From: Blastocatellia bacterium | Lineage (GTDB): Bacteria; Acidobacteriota; Blastocatellia; UBA7656 | Direction: 5' to 3' | Assembly: GCA_035558335.1 (NCBI GenBank) | Contig: DATMCM010000680.1 | Coordinates: 1 to 24,000 of the forward strand | Length of the DNA stretch: 24,000 nt | Shown: one piece after another, positions 15,639 to 23,973 of the stretch | Layout: the number at the start of each line of letters is the position of its first letter | How positions within the stretch are numbered: position 1 is the stretch's first letter | Made by a program: the position numbers and the translations under genes | Notes under the pieces: generated by a model | What the model was told of the DNA's origin: nothing | Database searches by the model: none | The model's input: only the letters and a program-made list of their open reading frames with translations

Positions 15639-17930
15639 GTGGGTCGAATGAAAGAAGTGCATACTGATCACGACGGCAATCTGCTTTCAGCGATCCTGGA
15701 TTCGACGGCAGCGTTGATCTTAGTCCTGGATCGCGAGGGACGCATTGTTCGCTTCAATCGCGCGTGCGAAGAAGCGACGGGCTACTCCTTCGTTGAGGTA
15801 AGCGGTCGCTTTTTGTGGGACTTCTTTCCAGCGTACGAGCAGGCAGAGCCTGCCAAGACGGCGGTCCGCGCAATTCACGAAACTCGAAGCGCGATCCGTT
15901 TCCAGCATCACTGGCTTTCCAAGAACGGAGAGATCCGCCTGCTAGCGTGGACTGGCGAGCCCTTGCCGTCGCCTGATCGGAATGCTGATCTGGCAATCCT
16001 CTTGGGCCTGGATTTTCCAGAGCGCGGACCGGCTCAAGCGGCTTCGCGGCAGGATCAGGCACAGTTGGCAAGCATTATCGAATCGGCCATGGATTCGATA
16101 ATAATAATAGACCGCGATCAAAACATCGTCCTTTTCAATGCGGCCGCGGAGAGGATGTTCCAATGTCCGGCGGCGTCGGCGATCGGAAAGCCAATCGACC
16201 AATTCATCCCCGCGCGATTCCGAGCGGCACATCGGGACCACGTCAGCCAGTTCGATCGGACCAGTGTTACAAGGCGTCAGATGGGCCAGCTGGGAGCGAT
16301 CTGGGGGGTCAGGCGGGACGGCGCAGAGTTTCCGATCGAGGCCTCAATCTCACAAACCGAAGTAGACGGCGAGAAGTTCTTCACCGTGATCATCCGCGAC
16401 ATCACCCAGCGCAAGCGCTCCGAGGAGCAACTTCGCGAACAGGCAGAGTTCCTTGACGGCGCATCAGACGCGATTATCGTTCGCGACTTGCAGGACCGCA
16501 TCATTTACTGGAACAGAGGCGCCGAGCGGCTGTACGGTTGGAGTGCGGCGGAATCGGTCGGTGTCAGCATCCAAGAGCTCTACTATCAAGAGGCCACACC
16601 TCAGTTCGAAGAAGCTAACCAAATCCTACTGAAAGAAGGTAAATGGGCAGGACACGCTAGGCACTTGACAAAGGATCGCAGACATATCGATGTCGAAACG
16701 AGATTGACACTGATGCGTGACGGCGAGGGCAATCCGAAGTCAGTGCTTGTGATCAACACCGACGTTACGGAACGGAAGAAGCTCGAAGCTCAGTTCCTCC
16801 GCGCGCAGCGAATGGAGAGCATCGGAACTCTGGCGGGTGGGATCGCTCACGACATAAACAACATCCTGTCTCCGATTCTTCTCGCAGTTCGAATGCTTCA
16901 GATGAAGTTCCAGGATGAAGATAGTCAACGACTACTTTCGGTGCTTCACCAGAGCGCGGAACGTGGTGGCGTGATGGTGAAGCAGGTGTTGGAATTCGCC
17001 CGAGGCGTTGAGGGCGAACGCATCGTCCTTCAACTGAACCATCTCATCAAGGAAATCACCAAGACCCTCGCCGAAACGTTCCCAAAATCAATCGCAGTCG
17101 AGTGCTTTGTGCCTGCCGATGTGTGGTCGGTTACCGGCGATCCGACGCAGATACATCAGGTTTTGCTGAACCTCTGCCTGAACGCCCGCGACGCGATGCC
17201 GCGAGGCGGCGTACTGTCGGTCAAGGCTGAAAACGTCTCGATCGACGAGAGCTATGCCCAGATGATAATCGATGCAAGACCTGGGAGCTTCGTTCTCGTT
17301 AGCGTCACGGATACAGGAACAGGAATCCCGGCCGAGATCTTAAACCGGGTGTTCGAACCGTTTTTCACGACAAAGGAGCACGGCAAGGGAACCGGTCTGG
17401 GACTGTCGACCGTGTTGGGCATCGTGAAAAGCCATGGCGGATTCATCAATGTGTACAGCGAGATCGGTAGGGGAAGTCAGTTCAGGCTCTATTTTCCGGC
17501 GGCTGAATCGCCTCTAACAGCTCAGGCCCGGGACGAACGCGTCGATGTTTCACGCGGTCACGGTGAGTTGGTCCTTGTCGTCGACGATGAAGCGGCTATC
17601 AGAGAAATCACAAGAAGCACTCTCGAAACGTTCGGCTACTCCGCGCTCACCGCTAGCGATGGAACCGAGGCGATAGCTCTTTATGCTCAGAACAAAGATG
17701 CGATCGATGTCGTCCTGACCGACATGATGATGCCTTACCTGGACGGAACGGCGACAATTCGAGCCCTCCAGAGGATCAACCCGCGAGTGAAGATAATCGC
17801 CAGCACCGGACTTACCGACGACGGCAAGTCAGCCGAAGCCGCAGAGCTGGGCGTGAAGTCGTTTTTGTCGAAACCTTACACCGCTGAGGAGCTAATGAGT
17901 GCGCTCGCAGAAATCCTCGCCAGAAACTGA
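15639..17930 (+). CDS. Hybrid sensor histidine kinase: three PAS domains + HisKA + HATPase_c + C-terminal receiver
   Basis: 763-aa ORF. PAS-like units: LLSAILDSTAALILVLDREGRIVRFNRACEE, LASIIESAMDSIIIIDRDQNIVLFNAAAERMF, AEFLDGASDAIIVRDLQDRIIYWNRGAERLYGW. H-box: SIGTLAGGIAHDINNIL. N box: LLNLCLNARDAM. G boxes: DTGTGIP and GKGTGLGLS. Receiver: LVLVVDDE...VVLTDMMMPYLDG...LSKPY. The start is GTG 15639 or ATG 15648. Confidence 0.9.
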   Translation: MGRMKEVHTDHDGNLLSAILDSTAALILVLDREGRIVRFNRACEEATGYSFVEVSGRFLWDFFPAYEQAEPAKTAVRAIHETRSAIRFQHHWLSKNGEIRLLAWTGEPLPSPDRNADLAILLGLDFPERGPAQAASRQDQAQLASIIESAMDSIIIIDRDQNIVLFNAAAERMFQCPAASAIGKPIDQFIPARFRAAHRDHVSQFDRTSVTRRQMGQLGAIWGVRRDGAEFPIEASISQTEVDGEKFFTVIIRDITQRKRSEEQLREQAEFLDGASDAIIVRDLQDRIIYWNRGAERLYGWSAAESVGVSIQELYYQEATPQFEEANQILLKEGKWAGHARHLTKDRRHIDVETRLTLMRDGEGNPKSVLVINTDVTERKKLEAQFLRAQRMESIGTLAGGIAHDINNILSPILLAVRMLQMKFQDEDSQRLLSVLHQSAERGGVMVKQVLEFARGVEGERIVLQLNHLIKEITKTLAETFPKSIAVECFVPADVWSVTGDPTQIHQVLLNLCLNARDAMPRGGVLSVKAENVSIDESYAQMIIDARPGSFVLVSVTDTGTGIPAEILNRVFEPFFTTKEHGKGTGLGLSTVLGIVKSHGGFINVYSEIGRGSQFRLYFPAAESPLTAQARDERVDVSRGHGELVLVVDDEAAIREITRSTLETFGYSALTASDGTEAIALYAQNKDAIDVVLTDMMMPYLDGTATIRALQRINPRVKIIASTGLTDDGKSAEAAELGVKSFLSKPYTAEELMSALAEILARN

Positions 17931-17954
17931 CAATCACTCGCTTCGTTCAAAGCT

Positions 17955-19088
17955 TTAGGGTAGTTTCCAGAGCCGCACTATCTTGTCACCTCCGCCTGAA
18001 AGAGCGAACTTCCCGTCTTGTGAAAATGCTACGTCAGTGATCCACGGGGTTTTTGCATCGAAACGATAGAGTTCAACTCCCTTGCTTACATCCCACAACC
18101 GAATTGACTGATCGAAGCTCGCGGACAGAGCGCGGGAGCCGTCCGGCGAAAACGCAACTGCGCGCACAACACTGAGTCCCTGTTGCACCTTCCATCGTCT
18201 CTGTTCCTTTCCGCTTTCAACGTCCCAGACGCGCATCGTACCGTCGGTACTCCCGGAGAGAATGAGTCTGCCATCAGGTGAAAAGGCGACACCGGTCACA
18301 GGCTTGGTGTGACCTTCAAAACGCCGCAGCTCCTTCCCTTCGCTAAGATCCCAGAGTAGCATCGTCCCATCGTGGCTCGAGGAAATAACAGACCGGCCTT
18401 GTGGAGAAAACGCTACCTGAGTGATTCGGTTCGTGTGACCCTCGAATCGGCGTAGCTCCTTGCCGGTAGCTGCATCCCACACCCGAACGCTCTTGTCGTT
18501 GCTGCCTGAGACCACCTGAAGCCCATCAGGTGAGAAGGCCGCAACGGTAACTGATCGCAAGTGCCCCTTTATGAGTTGTATTTGCTTCCCGCTCTCCGTA
18601 GTCCACAGCCTTATGGTCTTGTCCAGACCGGCCGAGAGGACGCGCCGTCCGTCAGGGGAAAAGCAAACGCTCGTGATCGGGCGTGTGTGGCCCACGAAGC
18701 GACGCCGTTCCTTCCTATCCTCGACCCCCCACAATCTGATGGTGTCATCAGAACTGCCCGAGAGAGCGAGGCAGCCGTTTAGTGAGAAGGCCACGCTTGT
18801 AATCCAGTCCGTATGACCTTCAAAGCTTCCGACTGCACCCACTGGAAGGCGGTCGTCTGCTGGACATTGTTGTAGCGGCTCCGCGGGCTCGGCTGAAAGC
18901 CACCATGCCGGATGCGCAGGCTGGCTGCGGGTTGAATACAAGAAAGCCCCCGGTGTTGCGGTGCCACAAATCAGAACCGCCATAATGAGTGCCGCTCGTA
19001 CGATGCCCTGCAGCCACGCCGATAAAGAAGGGTGGTTCGGACCTGAACTCTGCGAGTATCTTGCTCTGGAGTCTCTGCTGATAGCCAT
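17955..19088 (-). CDS. Membrane-anchored or secreted seven-bladed WD40 repeat protein
   Basis: 377-aa ORF with an N-terminal hydrophobic segment (IVRAALIMAVLICGTA). Seven units of about 42 aa each follow the pattern GHTxxITSVAFSPDGxxxLSGSxDxTxRLWDxxxGKELRRF. Confidence 0.9.
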   Translation of the reverse strand: MAISRDSRARYSQSSGPNHPSLSAWLQGIVRAALIMAVLICGTATPGAFLYSTRSQPAHPAWWLSAEPAEPLQQCPADDRLPVGAVGSFEGHTDWITSVAFSLNGCLALSGSSDDTIRLWGVEDRKERRRFVGHTRPITSVCFSPDGRRVLSAGLDKTIRLWTTESGKQIQLIKGHLRSVTVAAFSPDGLQVVSGSNDKSVRVWDAATGKELRRFEGHTNRITQVAFSPQGRSVISSSHDGTMLLWDLSEGKELRRFEGHTKPVTGVAFSPDGRLILSGSTDGTMRVWDVESGKEQRRWKVQQGLSVVRAVAFSPDGSRALSASFDQSIRLWDVSKGVELYRFDAKTPWITDVAFSQDGKFALSGGGDKIVRLWKLP

Positions 19089-19215
19089 CCTTTGACCAGT
19101 GCATCGCGAGTATCGAGCAAGGAAATGCCGTTTGCAACCCAGGAAATGGAAATGGGATCGATCCAGCTTGTTTCAGAAACCGTCAGACCCGAGCCCCGGC
19201 AGGTCGATCAATGCT

Positions 19216-19743
19216 CTAATTTGTCAGGAAGCGGTTTAGCAACCGGCTCATCCACCTCCGAGTCTTGGCAGGTGGGGCAGGATGAACTTCAACTAGATCG
19301 GGCGACGCCTGGCGTCCAGTCAATTGACCTATGTGGATGCGGTAGAATATCGGCGCCATCGATTCAGGATACTCCCGATTCGCAACCGTTGCACAAGCAG
19401 GCTCCCACCACATAGCGCGACTTTGTAACAGCTCATGGGCATGGGCGCGAAGCGCTTTGTATTCAGGTGTATCCGGCAACTCCTCGTATCTGCCGCAGAC
19501 AACAACAGTCATCCATTGATTCTGGCTTTTGATTTCATCAATCTCCACACAGACTAGGGGATTCGCGCGCATACAATCGATCTTATAGCCCATAGTGGAG
19601 AAGCCGAAAAGGCATTTGCCATCGTAAATCATATAGACCGGAACAGCGTACGGCTGACCGTCCATCTCGCAGGCCAATCTTGCGAGGGTCGCTCTCGTGA
19701 GGGCGTCCTGGCATTCCTCAAACGTCATCTCATGGATCAACAT
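19216..19743 (-). CDS. Pyridoxamine 5'-phosphate oxidase-like (Pyridox_ox_2/NimA-related) flavin-binding protein, intact paralogue
   Basis: 175-aa ORF with ATG 19743 preceded by AGGGG. It is colinear with the 14917 gene (ARLACEMDGQPYAVPVYMIYDG...CMRANPLVCVEIDEIKSQNQW) and carries an extra basic tail of about 30 aa at the C-terminus. Confidence 0.85.
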   Translation of the reverse strand: MLIHEMTFEECQDALTRATLARLACEMDGQPYAVPVYMIYDGKCLFGFSTMGYKIDCMRANPLVCVEIDEIKSQNQWMTVVVCGRYEELPDTPEYKALRAHAHELLQSRAMWWEPACATVANREYPESMAPIFYRIHIGQLTGRQASPDLVEVHPAPPAKTRRWMSRLLNRFLTN

Positions 19744-20156
19744 CGCAACCCCTAGCTCGTGCGCGATACGTTTTTTTCCAGGGTCCGTTGAGAGACTCCC
19801 GATCGCGCGTGATCAGTCTGGTGGTTCTCACAGCCATCCATTACTGGCCGTCCGCAAAATTGACCACGCTCCTGACCACCAGACCTACTGCAAACTCTAT
19901 TCCCTCAGACAACCCGAAGGCGCAAAGTAACTAGTCGTGCGGCGGACCATATGGCGACCTGCTTATGCGGAAATTCTCGCATCAGTTTGCGTGAAAGCAC
20001 GCTAAGGTCTGGGCTCGAGTGACCCTACGACAAACTCGACAGGAAATGTTGCTGAACTGTTGTTTGACCGATTGGGTATGTGGTTTGCCGTTACAATCTG
20101 TATGTCGGCGGGGAGATGACTACCTTGCCGTTTCAGCGGCAGAGTTGGAGGTCGAA

Positions 20157-21221
20157 ATGGAAAAGATGCGAGCCAATGTATTTAGAGGATCAAATAGTTT
20201 TCAAATCGAAGAAGTCGAGAAGCCACACGCCGGAGTCGGCGAGGCGCTCATTCGAGTCACGCTCACGACTATCTGCGGAACCGATCTGCATATCGTGCGC
20301 GGGGAGTATCCGGTCAAGCCGGGGCTGGTCATTGGACACGAACCCGTGGGTGTGATCGAAGAGCTTGGGCCTGGTGTTACCGGGTACGATATCGGCGACC
20401 GCGTGCTGGTTGGAGCCATCACTCCGTGCGGTCAGTGCCGGGCTTGCCTTTCAGGTCAGCTCTCACAATGCGGTCACGGCGGCGGCTATGAAGCAATCGG
20501 CGGCTGGCGCTTCGGCAATACGATCAACGGCGCGCAAGCCGAGTACTTGCTCGTTCCGAACGCACAAGCAAACCTGGCCAGGATTCCCGATGAGCTGACT
20601 GACGAGCAGGTCGTGCTGCTTGCAGACATCGCTTCGACCGGCTTCAGCGGGGCAGAGTCCGGCGGCGCGCGAATCGGGGACTCGGTAGTGGTTTTTGCGC
20701 AAGGTCCCATCGGTTTATGCGCGACAGCGGGCGCAAAGTTGATGGGCGCTTCTCTGATCATCGGAGTCGATGAGGACGAAAACCGACTTGCGATGGCCCG
20801 ACGAATGGGTGCCGATGTAACGGTGGACTTTCGTGAAACGGACGTCGTAGCGGAGGTGAAGAAACTCACGGGAGGTGGCGCCGACGTTACGATTGAAGCG
20901 CTCGGCACACAGCAGACCTTCGAAAGCGCGCTTCGCTGTTTGAGACCGGGTGGGACGTTATCAAGCCTGGGCGTTTATTCCGGGAAGCTCCAGCTGCCCT
21001 ACGAAGCTTTCGCGGCGGGGCTGGGAGATCATCGGATCGTGACCACCCTGTGCCCAGGAGGCAAAGAGCGGATGCGAAGGTTGATGGAGGTCGTCCGTTC
21101 GGGGCGAGTGGACTTCACACCGCTGCTCACCCACACTGTTTCGCTCGATGAGATAGTGCAGGGATACAAGATTTTCGGCGAACGGATGGATGGCGTGCTC
21201 AAGGTGGCAGTCAAGCCATAG
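20157..21221 (+). CDS. Zinc-dependent medium-chain alcohol dehydrogenase (NAD(P)-dependent)
   Basis: ORF 20019-21221. ATG 20157 is preceded by GGAGG (20147-20151) with a 5-nt spacer, giving MEKMRANVF. Catalytic Zn ligands: TICGTDLH and GHEPVGVIEELG. Structural Zn lobe: CGQCRACLSGQLSQC. Rossmann motif: VFAQGPIGL. Confidence 0.9.
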   Translation: MEKMRANVFRGSNSFQIEEVEKPHAGVGEALIRVTLTTICGTDLHIVRGEYPVKPGLVIGHEPVGVIEELGPGVTGYDIGDRVLVGAITPCGQCRACLSGQLSQCGHGGGYEAIGGWRFGNTINGAQAEYLLVPNAQANLARIPDELTDEQVVLLADIASTGFSGAESGGARIGDSVVVFAQGPIGLCATAGAKLMGASLIIGVDEDENRLAMARRMGADVTVDFRETDVVAEVKKLTGGGADVTIEALGTQQTFESALRCLRPGGTLSSLGVYSGKLQLPYEAFAAGLGDHRIVTTLCPGGKERMRRLMEVVRSGRVDFTPLLTHTVSLDEIVQGYKIFGERMDGVLKVAVKP

Positions 21222-21286
21222 TTAATGTTCTCACTATCCATTGCGGCTTGGAGAAATGTAACCGTGGCCGAATCGCTCTTCTAACG

Positions 21287-21841
21287 CTACACGCTCCAGG
21301 TGTTTTCCAGTTCGCTCGCCTGTCTCTCGTATTCTCTTCGTGTCCGAGGGGTCATCTCAGCCTCCGCGCGATCGAATCCTTCCTTGAGCGCGGCGATGTC
21401 GGTATCTTCGAGGATTTCGTCTGCTAGCCTGAACAGGATGCTGTCCTCGCTCTGTATGTGCGCGATTAGATGAGCCGTGTACGAGCGAGCGGCGTCAACG
21501 AAATGTTGCCTCGACTCAGGGTGCAGGTCTTGGTAGTCGCCAAATGCGTGGCGCATCTCGGCTGTAAGCTCGCGCTCGGTTTCGTGCTGGTGCACGATCG
21601 CCGCGAGCGGTCCGCCCTCGCGCACGATTCCGCGACGTTCCAACACCGGGAAGAGATAGGTTTCTTCTTTGCCGTGATGAAAGCGATCGGCGAACTCGTT
21701 GAGGAAGGCGACGAGTTGCGCGAGTGCTGAGGAGGGGACGCTGTCTCCCCACTCAAGCCTGATGCAGATACCGTCAAGCGCCCGCAACGCTCTCTCGATC
21801 ACTCGGTGCTCTTGCTTTAGGACATGTAAAGGTGCTGACAT
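21287..21841 (-). CDS. Hemerythrin-like (HHE cation-binding) domain protein
   Basis: ORF 21287-21886. The likely start is ATG 21841 (MSAPLHVLKQEHRVIE). His/Glu metal-ligand pattern: LKQEHR, FADRFHHGKEE, IVHQHETE, AHLIAHIQSEDSILF. Confidence 0.85.
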   Translation of the reverse strand: MSAPLHVLKQEHRVIERALRALDGICIRLEWGDSVPSSALAQLVAFLNEFADRFHHGKEETYLFPVLERRGIVREGGPLAAIVHQHETERELTAEMRHAFGDYQDLHPESRQHFVDAARSYTAHLIAHIQSEDSILFRLADEILEDTDIAALKEGFDRAEAEMTPRTRREYERQASELENTWSV

Positions 21842-21985
21842 CGGTTGATCCCTTTCCCACCGCCGCATTTCCGCGCGCACTTTCACCGGAATTCGGGCTA
21901 ATGAGGCGAGCGGAATCGGCTTCCCGTCATATCCATTGGCAGCTCGCCGCTGTACGCAGCAGCCGCGGGTAAGATATCCCGCCGG

Positions 21986-22441
21986 TCATAACTGGGCAGG
22001 GACCGCCGCAGCCGCGGACACGGGTTCGGGCGACTCCTTTCTCGGCTTGACGGAATAGCCCAGCTTCAAACCAAAAATAAACAACACGAACGCGATCGCG
22101 CCGACCGCGAACAAGGTGTCGCCGGGGACTCGAAGCCACCGCAGCGTGGTCATCAATCCCGTGCCCATGAACTCCGGGCTCCGCGCATACCAGTAGCCGT
22201 CTTTGACCGAAGCCCAGGTCTGTAACAGCCCGACCGGGAGCAGGCTCAGGGCGATCATCAGCATCACCCCGATGTTCATAGACCAGAACGAGAACTTGAG
22301 GAGCCCCTCCTTCCACTCACGGCTGGCCATCAGGGCGCGCAGACACATCAGCGTCAGGCCGATCCCCAGCATCCCGTAAACCCCGAACAACGCGCCGTGA
22401 GCATGAACCGGAGTTGTGTTGAGGCCCTCATGTTGCGTTCC
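21986..22441 (-). pseudogene. norB: 5'-truncated remnant of a quinol-type nitric oxide reductase (qNor/NorB, heme-copper oxidase superfamily); only the last approx 150 codons remain
   Basis: ORF 21986-22390, with the frame open upstream to 22501. It reads ..HEGLNTTPVHAHGALFGVYGMLGIGL...ALSLLPVGLLQTWASVKDGYWYARSPEF...LMTTLRWLRVPGD. This matches the C-terminal helices of qNor as I recall them from the neisserial enzyme (GLNTSAVHAHAALFGVYG ... SLLPVGVIQAYASITHGLWYARSEEF ... LDTLRWVR). An in-frame TGA lies at 22504-22502. No NorB-like sequence is seen in any frame between 22450 and the hsp20 stop at 22777. Confidence 0.7.
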
Positions 22442-22776
22442 TCCTTCGCAGAGAATCTCGATGTTGACCGGTTGAATAGGGCTCTGCTGAGCGCCAACGT
22501 TTCACCTATGTGAATGTTTTTCACTCTATTCGGACTCCTGATCACCAGCGCCTACGAGCACGAGAGCAAGATGCATGCCCAAGACAGGACCCTCGAATGG
22601 GGCGGCCCAGACCGGATCGGGGGCAATAGCGCGAGACTTCGCACTAATGGGAGAAACTCCGCTGCTTCGGTTCAGTGGCGCGCAAGAAGAAGGCCGCGCG
22701 GTGAAGGAGTTAACCGCGCGGCCGAGTAAGGCGACTATCCTGTTCTCCGCTGCACAGGTGCTATTCGCCCGTAGTT

Positions 22777-23253
22777 CTATTTGACCTTTACTTCGATCTG
22801 CTTCGGTTTGGCCTCCTCACGCTTGGGCAGCGTTAGCATCAAGATGCCGTCCTTGAACTCTGCGCCGATCTTGGCGATGTCCACAAAGGCTGGAAGCGTG
22901 AAGCTGCGCATGAACTCACCGTACGTTCGCTCCACTCGGTGAAAATTGTCCTTCTTGGTCTCCTCCTCGAACTTGCGTTCGCCGTAGATGGTCAGCACGT
23001 TGTTCTCGATGCTGACGTTCACATCCTCCTTCTTAAGGCCGGGAAGCTCGGCCTTAACCACTACCTCCTTCTCGGTTTCGTAGATGTCGCACGCTGGCGC
23101 CCACCTGGTTAACGGGAAAGCCTCCTCCGCAAAAGGCGAATTCAAGCCCTCAAAAAAACGATTGAAGGGCGTTTCGAAGAAGCCCAACGGATCCCACCTG
23201 CGCTGAAGGGCGTTAAGTGCCTTCGACGGGGCCATTGCTGTTCCTGTGTTCAT
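22777..23253 (-). CDS. Hsp20/alpha-crystallin family small heat-shock protein
   Basis: 158-aa ORF with SD AAGGAGA upstream of ATG 23253. Alpha-crystallin core: [46 protein letters not shown]...[18 protein letters not shown]...[14 protein letters not shown]. Confidence 0.92.
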   Translation of the reverse strand: MNTGTAMAPSKALNALQRRWDPLGFFETPFNRFFEGLNSPFAEEAFPLTRWAPACDIYETEKEVVVKAELPGLKKEDVNVSIENNVLTIYGERKFEEETKKDNFHRVERTYGEFMRSFTLPAFVDIAKIGAEFKDGILMLTLPKREEAKPKQIEVKVK

Positions 23254-23281
23254 GATCTGGTCTCCTTAGATAAAGGCATTT

Positions 23282-23368
23282 GAGCTCGTCATTGATTTCG
23301 CGGGCGCGCCGGCGAGCTCGTAACCGGGTCGCCTACCACAACCCATTCTAGTGAGACGAGCTCGCCGG
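23282..23368 (-). promoter_or_regulatory. Three copies of a CGAGCTCG-core palindrome between the Cys-rich gene and hsp20 (terminator and/or hsp20 leader or operator)
   Basis: GAGCTCGTC (23282-23290), CCGGCGAGCTCGT (23309-23321) and ACGAGCTCGCCGG (23356-23368). The last two form a perfect 13-bp inverted repeat with a 34-nt loop. The first can pair alternatively with 23355-23363 over 9 bp. Confidence 0.4.
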
Positions 23369-23382
23369 TTCTACGCGCTGCA

Positions 23383-23973
23383 TCACCAGTCATTGTGACA
23401 TCCGTCACTCTGTCTGATGATGGGCGGGCTTATGCGCGATCGATCCACCGCGATTTCGAGATGTGAGTGCATCAACGACGAGGTTAGGGAGCAGTCCCAG
23501 CAAACCGGCTGGTGTGTCTCAAATACATCGGGCAACCGCTCTGCAGGGACGTCGCGCCATTCGACTATTCGACCCTCAGGACTTAACATAGCGGGCTTGT
23601 GATCGGACCAGCTGATGTCGCCGAATTCCAACTCGCAAAGCACACAAGTTCTTCCGCGATACCATTCGGACAACATTTTGCGCACGAGACAGTCTTCGGG
23701 TGACACCTGGATCTGCAACAGGCACTCCTGCCCGCAGTCTTCTCTTTCGGGCCAGCGCGAGCAAGTCTTGAGTTTGAGATCAGGATCGCCTTCAAGCGCG
23801 CTCAATGCCGCGCGGCGGGTATCAACTTCGATCGCAGCGGGCTCCCGCGTCTCCGGACAGGTGATTACGCGCTTCCCGCGATACTTAACAAACGCGCCGA
23901 CCAGGGGTGCCCCTAAGAAATAAAGCGAAGCAAGCACCAGGAACAGTGCAATCGCAAAGAGTTCGGTGTTCAT
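23383..23973 (-). CDS. Single-pass membrane protein with a cysteine-rich soluble domain; function unknown
   Basis: ORF 23383-23991. I prefer ATG 23973, which has GGAAGGA upstream. TM helix: MNTELFAIALFLVLASLYFLGAPLVGAF. The soluble domain of about 165 aa has 11 Cys, including CxxC pairs (TCVLCELEF, VCWDC) and CSRWPEREDCGQEC. Confidence 0.7.
   Translation of the reverse strand: MNTELFAIALFLVLASLYFLGAPLVGAFVKYRGKRVITCPETREPAAIEVDTRRAALSALEGDPDLKLKTCSRWPEREDCGQECLLQIQVSPEDCLVRKMLSEWYRGRTCVLCELEFGDISWSDHKPAMLSPEGRIVEWRDVPAERLPDVFETHQPVCWDCSLTSSLMHSHLEIAVDRSRISPPIIRQSDGCHNDW

Noticed and set aside
20074-20089. GGGTATGTGGTTTGCC upstream of the ADH gene as a sigma54 promoter
   Set aside because: The GG-N10-GC spacing and TTGC are present, but the -24 element is poor (GGGTAT versus TGGCAC). 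The site lies in a region where many near-matches occur by chance, so I kept it only as a note.
20019-20156. 46-aa N-terminal extension of the alcohol dehydrogenase (ORF-track start at 20019)
   Set aside because: The extension is Cys/Leu-rich and unlike ADH N-termini. A strong GGAGG-N5-ATG at 20157 gives the canonical MEKMRANVF start.
21927-22545. ORFs 21927-22316 (-, 129 aa) and 22354-22545 (-, 63 aa)
   Set aside because: They overlap the qNor remnant in other frames or lie in the non-coding spacer. Their composition is Arg/Gly-rich with no motifs.
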